This document shows positions 13,592 to 24,654 of a stretch of 64,000 nt of DNA, piece by piece; position 1 is the first letter of the stretch; each line of letters opens with the position of its first letter. Location: the NCBI GenBank assembly GCA_964016885.1, contig OZ024742.1:175088001-175152000 (forward strand), read 5' to 3'. The notes beneath the pieces are model-generated. The model was given only the letters and a program-made list of their open reading frames with translations, had not been told where the DNA came from and did not search any database. The DNA is from Eledone cirrhosa. Taxonomy: Eukaryota. A program made the translations under genes and the position numbers.

Positions 13592-15635
13592 TATATATAT
13601 ATATAATGGGGTGAGAGAGAGATTATTCTATATGCTTCCTTCTTTAAACATGTTCAAAATAAATGCTTTCAGTTAAATTCATTCATTCTTGGAACAACAA
13701 ATATGAAGAATTGCTATCAACGTGTATAAATTTCCCACTTCCCTTACAAAACAAAAAAAGGAAAATAATGATAATAAAAATAATACATAAATAAAATATG
13801 AATAAAGAATGAAAAACGGCTCTCACTAAATGGGTGTGTTCACAAATTATTATCAAGCTATTTTCCAAAAGTGTTTAAACAGATTTCATTATATTTTCGA
13901 GAGTGTACTGGGTTCATTATGATAAAAGTATTATTTATGGAATAAGATAAAGATTCTCAATTTCATAATAATAATAATATTTGTTTTGTTTTATTTTATT
14001 ATTCCTTTTTTTATCCTGTGAACTATTGCAGACAGCAGGTAAAAATGTTACACCAAGAAAAAAATTAATAAAATTAGAAAATTTTTTCAGACTCTTCAGT
14101 ATAATGGAGGCTTTTAGAAACTGAATTCCTTTACTTGCAATCAGTTTTCTCTCCTGTGTTAAAGATTTATTGATAAAACTATTCACTGATTCCTTAACAA
14201 AGAAACAAACCTAGAATCTCTTAATTTCTAATTTTATTTCTTTACTTTTATTTTAACATCATGCAATCAAATATTTTCTACTTTATGTAAGGTTTCTGTT
14301 TTAAATTTAGTTGTAATACGTGTTTTGTTTTCTAGATTATAAATATACTAAAACTAAAATTACCAAGTTGCTGAAAATTTGTGGTTTATTTCGTGTTTGT
14401 TAGATTTTTTTTCATGTGGTACTCCAAAACATTTCATTCATGTGAATGTGTATACCAGAAAATGTATGACACAGAAGACTAAAAACTGTAAATCAACATA
14501 TGGTGAAAAATGAAGAACACCTTCAATTTCTAAATAGCCAGCTATCACAGAATGTAAGTGTTCATTGAGTGAGTGAACTATATGTGGTCATATATTATCA
14601 ATATGTGATGATATTCCAAATTGAAAGCAAACTTTTCCTCTAAACTTGTCTGAGGTACAGTTCTCATAGACACATTCTCTGTGAAAGATCTGTGGCTTGA
14701 ATATAATATTGAACACCAGCAACAAGATCTAACTTCTACTTAACTTTTTTTATACCAAACTTGCTTTGGTTCTGTGGAACACTTTCACTCATTTTAAAAT
14801 ATTCCTATTTAAATTAAAATCTTCCAGCATAATTTCATATAAGAACCATATCTTAAGTTACTATTTTATTAAATAAATAATTAATAATTTCAGAAAATCC
14901 TTCAAAATTCTTTGTTATCACTTTTGATACCAATCCTGCTAAAAACCACCTGGTTTGTAAAACAAAACAACTACACATTTAAATTAAAATCATCCAACAT
15001 TATTTTATATATTTTAAGTTACATTCTTAGTAATTAAATAATTAATAATTTCAGTAAATCGCTCAAATGATTTTTATTAATTAATTGACATAAAGTGTTC
15101 TTGTTTAAATTATAATATGACAACGTAATTTTAAATAAGAGCCATATGTTAAGTTTTTATCTTAGTAATTCAATAATTAATGATTGTAGGAAATGTCTCA
15201 AAATTCTTCATTAATTAATTGAAACACAATGCATTTTATTAGAAATATGGCCACAAAAGGGTTAAGAAGCCATTGCAGCATGGTTCATTTAAGAAGCTAA
15301 ATCATGATGTGAGACAAACAATTAAATTGATGGTGTACAAGGGTATAATATTTCGTTTTAAGTGTCACTCTTGCCATCTATGTTTGACATCAGCAATGAA
15401 ATGTAGTTTATTTGTAAATTGTGTATGTATTGAAATACATTACTATCCAGGATAATTTCATGTTATATTCATTAAAATCAATTACAATCATTGTCTGCCA
15501 TAGACTTTATTTCTTAAACATAATTTAGATGAATAATATTTATAAACATTTCCTTTCATATTTTACTAATAAATCATTCAAATTTTATATAAACTGATAA
15601 ATCAAAAACTGTGCAATTTCATGCTATAGTTGATC

Positions 15636-16050
15636 AGTAGTTTGGCAGTATCGGTAGAGGGTTGGACGCGATGCTTTCTAGCATAGTTACGTCCCTTTAT
15701 GGTCTGAGTTCAAATCCCGTCGAGGTTAGCTTTGCCTTTTATCCTTATGGGGTCGATAAAATAGAGTACCAGTAATGTACTGGGTAATTGCTGGCCTTGT
15801 GCCAAAAGTAGAAACAATTATTATTACTAGGAGGGCAGTGGATTAGCTGTATTAGTAGAGCATCGGACACCATGCTTTGCAACATAGAGTTACGGGACTT
15901 TACAGTCTGAGTTCAAATCCTGGCAAGGTTAGCTTTGCCTTTCATCCTGATGAGGTCAATATAATAAAGCACCAGTAATGAACTGGGGTCGATTTAATCG
16001 ACTTTCCCCTCACACTGAATTGCTGGTCATGTGCTTATAGAAGTAATAAT
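15636..16050 (+). mobile_element. Two adjacent family A SINEs
   Basis: Two B boxes (gagttcaaatcc at ~15706 and ~15909), each followed by the conserved body. Confidence 0.8.
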
Positions 16051-16079
16051 TATTATTATATTTGTTATTATTATTATCA

Positions 16080-16442
16080 GGTGCTGAACAGACAGACTTG
16101 ATACAATGCTTGGAGTCTGGTTTGGTTGAGACCTCCAAATGAAGAAAAGCTGGGACAAGGTAATGAGCAGGTTTGTGATGTTCACCCAGAAATGGGCCAA
16201 GAAGAAGCTATCTCTGAAAGGTTTGCAGAGGAATCAAATGCATACATTACATCTGTCATCTGATACTGACTGACCATTGTGCCTTGTCCTGCTCAATATC
16301 TCACAGCACTGGAGCATTAGCTCTTTTGCGTTTTGTGGAAGAGATGCATGCCAATGGTCAGGCATTCCATTTGCTGCCAACACCTGCTAAGTGAATAACT
16401 GGGCATGCTCTGGCTGATGATGTGCAAACATGCACTCAGGCT
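16080..16442 (+). mobile_element. Degraded Tx1/L1-like LINE fragment
   Basis: Homologous to 36540-36930(-) (LGVWFG..LQM.K.W..V..KW..KKLSLKG). Confidence 0.7.
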
Positions 16443-17358
16443 ATCATGATGAAACACACCCAGTTCACCCAGTAAAGTGTTAATGCTGGAGTCTTAGTAA
16501 AATGCTCCTGGCACATGCTGTAAAATGGTTGTTCTTAGAAAGGGCATCAAACTGAACAAACCAAGTTTCTAGTACATACTCTAAAATGGTTGGTATTAGG
16601 AAGAGTATCCAGCCATAGAAACCTATCTAAAATGAAGTGTACTAGAAGGCCTAATTATCTGAATAGGCTGGCCTCAGTATACAACAGCCCATCAAACCCA
16701 TAATGAACCAATTATACTTTCAAAAATATTATGAAATATGTTTAAAATCTTTGATGAAATAACTGATAATTTGGGTTTCTGCTTATTGATATATTATTTT
16801 TAATTGTTGTGTGAATTGCAGCCATGATCAAGCAGATCTATGATGAAAGCTGTTCCAGTTGTTACTATGCCATCATTTTGAACATCAGGGACTACATTAT
16901 ATCCAATGTTGGCCTTTATTTAAGATGACAGGATATGATTTGATGGTGAATTGGCTTATGTTTTTTTGTATGTATTGTGACCAGAACGCCTGTATGACTT
17001 GTGAAAGTAATAGAGGAAAGTATTCTCAGCCTAAGACCAGTTCTCAATATTTGGAGCAGAATCAACTCTACTAAATCCACACACGGATCAAGTCGGTTTT
17101 GTAAAATCTTTTGTTACCATATTCTTAATAAATTACAATGTATTTGAATTAATTGTTGAGAAATTTAGAAGGACTTCCTAAATCTTTTTTCATTTTTATG
17201 ATGGTATTAGTTAGATATTAACTTGATAAAAGGTTCTGATATAAAATTATGTTGGAAGATTTTAATTTAGATAAGAACCCTTTAAACTGATTAGTTTTGT
17301 TTCATAGAACAAGGGAAAGTTTTGGGCAGGTTGGTATTAAAAGGGTGAAAGCATTTAC

Positions 17359-17565
17359 TAGGTTTCAAGACAGTCCAGTGAGAATTGATCGTTTTCATCT
17401 CATTCATTGGAATAAACAATTTTAAGATGTAACAAATATCAATTTTCCTAGCATGTGCAGCAGGGATAATGAAGATTAAAGCAATAAGGTTTTAATTAGC
17501 AGATTAGTAAATTAGCAATTCTCTTTTGTCTGCTGTAAATGTCCATGCTTTATGGAATAAGATTA
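17359..17565 (-). pseudogene. Candidate pseudo-exon (207 bp, phase 1-1)
   Basis: cattcAG...GTaaat; reads ILFHKAWTFTADKRELLIY*SAN*NLIALIFIIPAAHARKIDICYILKLFIPMNEMKTINSHWTVLKP. Confidence 0.35.
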
Positions 17566-18339
17566 CTGAATGCTTTAATCAAATATCAATATAAATGCAT
17601 ATTGATCATCGTTATTTTAAACAATATCCTGTTTCTAATCAATCAATTATCATAAATATTTACTGTAATTAAATTCTAAATAATTCATTGTTGAAGCCAC
17701 TTGTATCATTTTATGCCCACTTTCCACACTGGTATGGGTTGGATGTATTGCCATGCTCTAACAGTAAACAGGTTCGAGAAACCCTATCTTGTTCATACAT
17801 TCCATAATTTTCATTCCTAATGTTTAACCCTTGCTAGCATGGAAAATAGACGTTAAATGATGATGATGATGAATGCCAACCACCTCACAGAGTATACTGG
17901 TTACATTTTATCATGGTGCCACCTCTACCACTTTGCAGAATGTATTGGGTGTATTTTATCATTCCCTCTATTAGGTTTGATTTATCTATCATTGCATCAG
18001 CACAAACATGTTATGGAGTGTACTGGATAAATGTTATGGTGGCATCACCACTAGAAAAATTGTCACATGCTCAGTGAATCTCAAGTGTCCTCCTAATCAT
18101 CATCACTGCTTTTATGCCTGCTTTTCAAAAAAATAAAAAACCAGGATGATCATGATGATTGAGAGGATTCTTGAGTTCACTGAGCATATGGCAACTCCTA
18201 TATTGTTTATTCAATTGCCACCCACTTTAAAGAGCGCACTAGGGGCATTTTATTTTGGCACGATGACACTAACATTGGAAATGTTGAAATATGCTTAGCC
18301 AAACTAAAGAGTGCTCTAGATGCTAAATAAGATATTTCC

Positions 18340-18551
18340 TGAATATATTGTGAGTATATTTAAATCAAAACAATGAAACTGAACATATTAATCCAAAGAA
18401 CCTTCAACACTTTAGAAGCTCTTAATGAAAGGAATACATAAATATGGTTTATATCTAATAAGATAAACACTGATCTCGAGGCTATTTTCTTCTAGTATAT
18501 ATTAGGGCTTCTCTTCCGTGAACTCCATTTGATTTAAGCTATATACATGTC
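18340..18551 (-). pseudogene. Candidate pseudo-exon (phase-1 start)
   Basis: ataccccAG; reads HVYSLNQMEFTEEKP*YILEENSLEISVYLIRYKPYLCIPFIKSF*SVEGSLD*YVQFHCFDLNILTIYS; donor degenerate. Confidence 0.3.
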
Positions 18552-19074
18552 CTGGGGTATTTAAAGAATACGCACACTTATACACAATTATATATGTACA
18601 TACATTCGCAAATACGAACAGAAACAGATAATTACTTACAAACATGCACACACATCATTATCATCATTTTATATAGACTTTCCATGCTGGCATAGGTTAA
18701 ACAGATCATCATTGCCCGAGATAGGACATAACTGGAAAACCACATCATCCTCTTATGTTTCATATGTAGTATTGTTTCTACAACTGGTTACGCTTCCTGA
18801 TTCCAACCAGGTTACAGAATTCACTTAATACATTTTATCTTGGCACCAGTAACAGCTAGGTTGTCATATACTCAGCAAGACTAAATCATCTTATTTATCT
18901 TAGCTTGATTCTGTTTGATTGTCAACCACTTTGCAGGGCTTACTGGGTGTATTTTATCTTGGCAACAATGCTATACTCATACAACTATCCATATGTCATA
19001 GATATATTCATCCATCCATCCATACTTTCATATAAAGGTACATACATACACACACATACTCACGTACTTGCATG

Positions 19075-19600
19075 CATGATACCAATATGATATTAAAGAT
19101 TATTGAAATGGATAATATTTATGCAGAACTAATGAGGAATCTGCAAATACTCTACCCTGACTATATCTTTAGATTTATACCTGTGATTATTGGGGCTCTG
19201 GGATATGATACTAACTGCTTCAGTACAGATCTTGAATATCAGGGCTTCACAGAACCAGAAAGAACACGACTAGTTAGGAAGTTATAACTACAAACAATTA
19301 ATGAAATTGTAAAAATATTTAAAACATTCCCAAAATTCCACATGTAATAACTGAATGTACACAAGTACAGATACAAAAGACATGTACTCATGTAACTCAA
19401 AACATCCACATCCACACATACAATAACATTTGTTCCTTCACACACATATGCAGGCAAGCATGCATTCATATTTACCTAGCTGATGGTTACTAAATTCCAA
19501 TGAAAGAGTCTTATGTCTATGTTAGAAATCGACTCTCCCTCTATTGGTAAAAATGTATAAAATCATGAAACCAGAAGAACATACATACATACTTACATAC
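19075..19600 (+). mobile_element. 3' end of an R4/Dong-like (RLE-type) non-LTR retrotransposon
   Basis: ORF 19072-19287: IYAELMRNLQILYPDYIFRFIPVIIGALG, the typical RLE C-terminal IPV(V/I)IGALG motif; (ACAT)n tail. Confidence 0.65.
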
Positions 19601-19922
19601 AGATATACACACATATCTTATATTAAAACTGAAATTTGTTTGAAGATTGTTGTACTAAAATAAACAATTTACAATACAGTAATAGATGGAATTTTAAATA
19701 ATAAGAATTTATGAGATATATTTCATAGGAAGTTACTTATATATGTGTGTGTGCGTGTGTGTGTGTGAATGTGTGTGTCTGTACAGAAATACTTACTTGT
19801 ATCTGTGAAAACTTACACACACACACATACATATATAGATATATATAGATAGGTATATAAAATCCCGACCCTGGTGGCAAGCAGTTATGGCTTTTGTCTC
19901 CTCGGTCGCAACACCATAGATA

Positions 19923-19963
<41 letters not shown>

Positions 19964-19966
<3 letters not shown>

Positions 19967-20350
19967 CACATAAGAAACGGAGAATCAGTGTTGTGAGGAA
20001 TAGAATTTATTAGACATATTACAATCGTTTCCCTAGCGACCAGCTTGGGGCACGATCAATGTAATGATCGAACCTGACTCTGAAATCGCAATGTCCTCAG
20101 ATATGTCTTGATTCTACGAAGCAGAGTTTCCAAATGTCCAACTACAGGTTCGATTATTACATCGATCGTGCCTCGAGCTGGTCGCCAGAAAAACGATTGT
20201 AATATGTCTAATAAATTCTATTCGTCGCAACACTGATTCTCCGCTCCGTTTCTTATGTGATATCATGTGATATCATACTCTGCTCTGTAAGAGCATCGAG
20301 TGCTCACACGGTCTACTGCTAACGAACGCTTTAAGCATCCCACACCAATT
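19964..20350. mobile_element. Fold-back PLE terminus with hammerhead
   Basis: 19964-20077 is the reverse complement of 20146-20262. Full HHR on the minus arm; (AT)n flank. Confidence 0.75.
20012..20108 (-). ncRNA. Type I hammerhead ribozyme with long stem II
   Basis: agacatat-CTGAGGA-[~62 nt]-GAAA-cgattg-TA-atatgtct: 8-bp stem I, near-palindromic minimal stem III, GUA triplet. Confidence 0.75.
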
Positions 20351-21362
20351 ATATACACACACACATACATACATACAAATAAATAACTTCATCAAAACAA
20401 TTTTACAGCACAAGAACAGAGAGATTTTCAAATAACAGGAAATTATAAGTTACTTTGTTACTATATTTCATTAGAACTATAGTAACAAAGTAAAGAGTTA
20501 TCCATGAAAATGTTCGTCTCTGATATTTCATACCTTCAAATGTTTCATTATATAAAAAGTAAATTCAAGCATGGGCTATGTAGTCCAATAGAAATATGGA
20601 TATCAAAGGTTTAAATCTTATTTTTAATTGTTTTGTTTGAAAGAAGGGCTTGTGTATATTGCTCTTGCAGGCTGTCTTGGTGCTTCAATTAATTTTGAAA
20701 ATAATCCAAAATTTGAAAGAATGTAATAAATTAACGAAATTTTTCATTAATAAGCTAATGTTTGGAACAAAAAGTAATGAAGGTTTTTAAATAAGATTAT
20801 GATAGAAGGTTTTAATTTAAATGTAATGCTTTAACATGGACAGTTTAGTATCATAAAATCATGAGCAGTTTCAGATGGTTTGATATTAAAGGAGTTAAAA
20901 ACTAGCTTTAGAGTGTAAAGATGTTTGAATAATGTTTGTAGAGAAATCTCTAATAACAATCCTTAGAGATGTCTCTTTAATTTGAAAAGGTTATGAGAGA
21001 TTTGCAAGGCAGCAAATATTTCTCTCTTCAAAATACTATTTTTACCTTCTTATAATCCTATAATTGTAAGATGTTTACATTCAACATGAAGAATCTAAAG
21101 AAGTTAGTTCTAAAGAGGAAGAATAAATAAATAAAATTTGGAAATGATTAGATAAATTTCACGTTCATTCAAATAGCATAATTTTGGAAAATATCAATAT
21201 TTTTGATAAAATATAATTAAATGAAAAAAAATGAAATTAAATTATTGATTGAATTAGATATTTTGAATCAATTTTTGCAAATAATTTTTTCTGGATAAAA
21301 ATGTTCATATAGAGTTATCTGTTTAGATAAGAATATATATATTTTATTTTATTTAAGTATAC

Positions 21363-21535
21363 CATCTGAGTATCTTTAAAATCAATAACCCCGAGGCTTT
21401 TAGTTTAATATTGAGCTAACATTAAGATAGATAATTTATTTTCACATCTCAGAAACTAGAGGTCATAGATATAAGTAATCTGTATGGAAATAACTAACTC
21501 CCCAACACTGATATCACAAGAAACCATTATATTTT
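21363..21535 (-). pseudogene. Candidate pseudo-exon (173 bp)
   Basis: tgtttAG...GTatac; reads NIMVSCDISVGELVISIQITYIYDL*FLRCENKLSILMLAQY*TKSLGVIDFKDTQM. Confidence 0.3.
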
Positions 21536-21565
21536 CTAAACATTTTCTACAATTATATTGTAACA

Positions 21566-21748
21566 TTGGTGGATTGGCAGTATCGGTAGAGAGTCGGACT
21601 CCATGCTTTGAAGTATAGAGTTACCTCCCTGTAGGATTTGAGTTCAAATCCCGCCGAGCTTAACTTTGTCTTTCGGGGTCGATAAAATAAAGTACCAGTA
21701 ATGCACTGGGTATTTGCTAGCCTTGTGCCAAAAAGTAGAAACAATTAT
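21566..21748 (+). mobile_element. tRNA-derived SINE, family A
   Basis: ttggcagtatcggtagag...gagttcaaatccc...ggggtcgataaaataaagtaccagt. Confidence 0.8.
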
Positions 21749-21951
21749 TTGTTACTAGATATGTATATAATCCAATTTAAAATAGGTACACTATATTTTT
21801 GCATGCCATAAAATGTAGTTAATTAAAAGGGTTGATACCAAGTAGGGCCTTCAGCTATAAAATGTTGCCTCAAAAAGGACCACATGCTGTATCCAAAATG
21901 TATCATAAGGCTCACAAGTCTAATTCCTGCTCAAGTGTGAAAATCGTCTTC

Positions 21952-22195
21952 AAACCCTTCATTACCATATTTCTAAGGAAAGATATTTCCTTTGATTTTC
22001 GAATCATTTTGAAAATAATTTAGAATTTGGAGGGATTTACTAACTTTCTCTTCATTAAGTTGGTGTTTGGAACATAAATTTTCTTACCTAAAGTTTTGAT
22101 GGGAGGTTATTAGATGAATATAAAAAATTTAACACAACAAATTTTGTATTATAGAACCAGAAGCAGTTCAGGTAGTTTGGCATTAAAAAAGTTAA
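21952..22195. mobile_element. Old ~240-bp MITE-like repeat (aaccct...agggttaa ends, TTAA-type)
   Basis: Similar degenerate copies at ~17105-17350, ~20620-20898 and, reversed, ~14745-15264. Confidence 0.5.
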
Positions 22196-22475
22196 AACAA
22201 AATATTTTGAGGCCAACTCACCTATAACTACCACTGTGTCTATGAAATAAAACAACTCATTTTAAAGTGTTCCTACTTGAATTAACACCTTCCAACAATT
22301 TTATTTTCCATTTTCTTATGTTAATTATATCGTCTTGATGAAATTATAATTTAAGGAATTCTTTCCCAAATTTCTTTAATTAATTGATTAAAATCAAAGT
22401 ATTTCATTAGATATATGGTAGCAAAAGTGCCAGGTGGTATTGTTAAACCTTGCAACATAACTTCTGTTATAATAA

Positions 22476-24645
22476 ATCACATATGCATAATAGCCAACTC
22501 TAACCAACAATTACAGCTAGACACACAACATTCGACATATGCACACACGCATACACAAGCCAATCTATTATAGTCAGTTCGGAAGCCCCACAATGCAGAT
22601 GGGTAAATCTTCTGGCAACGAAATCCAATCGGAGAAGGAAAAGGAAAACAAACGTAAATAAATGTAAAGGGCATAAGGAGAAAAGAGGAACAGAAGAGGA
22701 AGAATGCCAGAGTTTGTGAACATTGCTGTTTCTATGATTCTGTTCAAAATTGAAAGTTATTCGTTGGAATCGGGCATGCGTGGCTGAACGTCCTGTTTTA
22801 ATATTTAAAAAAAATGTTGACGGTTATTCGTTGGACCTATGCATGTGTGGGGTAAGCAAAAGGTCATTCTAGATATTGCTGCTATAACTCTGTGTGTGTG
22901 TGCATGCATGTCTTAGCCAATATCATACCAACCAAAGTCTACCTCTCTCAGATCTGCTGTTTATTGGAGGCTCTAATCGATTTATCCAGAGAGCTTCCTC
23001 CACCCTTAGAGTGCCAATGTTATGCTCTGTTGCTAGCAATGTGACAGTAGGTGTCTTGTCCTTGTTTCCGCACTTGTCGATGTGTTTCTGGAAGGACGAG
23101 GCTCTGGTGCTGACATGCTCCTTAATACATATACGACTTTCTTGGCCACATATACCAGCAGACCTCAGGGCTGCCCATGGTGTCAAGCTTGTCGGGCGTG
23201 CTGGTGATTTCATACATGAACCAGCTAGAATGCAGAATGCTTAATATTTGCTACCCCTATCCCGCCTTCTTCTCAAGATATGTGCATGATATCCTTATAC
23301 TCACATCTTCCCAAGAAACGGCTGACAGGATTTACGAGGCATTCAATAACACGGACGATAACATCAATCCAGTATAGAGCATCTCAGTGATGACGGGTTC
23401 CTTTCCCACTTAAGATCATGGAACATGGAAGGATCCACACAGACTTCTACTGCAAGGCAGCCTGCAGGGATCTGTTCCTCTACTTCAAGTCTGCTCTTCC
23501 TGAGAGTGCCAAACATGTGGATAAAAGACAGATACAGTGATCCCATGAGTGGTGCCACCCAAGCAAAGCAATTCCACATGGTGTTGGAGGCCAACAGATG
23601 TCCAGCATCTTTCACCAACAGAATAAGCGACCCCAGGTGAAGGAGGCAACAAAACATAAGGGATAAATGCTTCTTCAAGATCCCATACCTGGGCGAGAAA
23701 ACCACTAGCGTTATTCTCAGAGCCATATGAAAAGAGGGTCTCAACATTCAGTTGGCTCACTCAAGACCTTCCTTACGGAGATGCATTTCCAACAAAAGAC
23801 GTCATAACATCGGAAATGCGTGCCCCCTCAGCAATTGACCGATATGCCACACAAACTCTTGCTTGTGCACATACATCATGTAGAAGATCGAATGCGACAG
23901 GTACAAGGAATTTAACATCAGGAGCGCTATCTGGCTGCTGCGTATATGTATTAAGGAGCACGTCAGCACCAGAAACTCATCCTTCCAGAAACACATCGAC
24001 AAGTGCAGAAACAAGAACAAGGCACCCACTGTCACACTGCTAGTAACAGAGCATAACATTGACACTCTAAGAGGCAAGGAAGCTCTCTGGATAAATCGAT
24101 TAGAGCCTCCGAAAACAGCAGATCCAAGAGAGGCGGACTTTGGTTGGTATGATATTGGCTAAGACACGCATGCACACACACACACACACACAGTTATAAC
24201 AGCAATATCTAGAATGTCCTCCTTTCGCTTACCCCACGCATGAGTAAGTCCAACAAATAACCGTCAAAATTCAAAAAAAAATATAAAAACAGGACGTACA
24301 GCCACGCATGCGCAAGCCCAACGAACAACTTTCAATTTTGAACAGAATCATACAAACAGAAACCAGCAACGTTCAAGGACGTTTATACTTTCCCTTCAGA
24401 AAACCACCTACATTGATGGATGCGAATCCGAAATATAGGGACTAATCAATCTTTTAAAATACACAAACTCTGGCATTCTTCCTCTTCCCTTTTCTCTTTT
24501 CTCCTTATTTACATTTGTTTTCCTTTTCCTTCTCCTATTGCCACAGGATTTCGTTGCCAAAGGATTTACCTATCTGCATTGTAGAGGCTTCCAAATTGAC
24601 TATTTCTTCTTATTCCACAATGCTTCAAGCAAACCTGAACACACT
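22476..24645 (+). mobile_element. Penelope-like element, 5'-truncated, with inverted 3' copy (fold-back)
   Basis: From 23135(+): FLGHIYQQTSGLPMVSSLSGVL..YMNQLE...FFSRYVHD (RT motifs), then C..C linker and GIY-YIG (..IKEH...EALWINRLEP). 22560-23134 is the reverse complement of 23941-24603. Confidence 0.85.
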
Positions 24646-24654
24646 GTTATATAT

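Noticed and set aside
19478-19515. ctgatgg...gaaa motif
   Set aside because: No stem I or stem II pairing; it lies in the R4-like 3' UTR.
7348-21535. Rescue of pseudo-exon stops by A-to-I editing (stop to Trp)
   Set aside because: Too many stops plus mutated splice sites; ordinary pseudogene decay is simpler.
24405-24450. Possible HHR in the 23-24 kb PLE UTR (ttgatg gatgcgaatcc gaaa tata...)
   Set aside because: The core and stems I/III cannot be assigned consistently. It may be a decayed HHR; this segment is deleted from the left arm.
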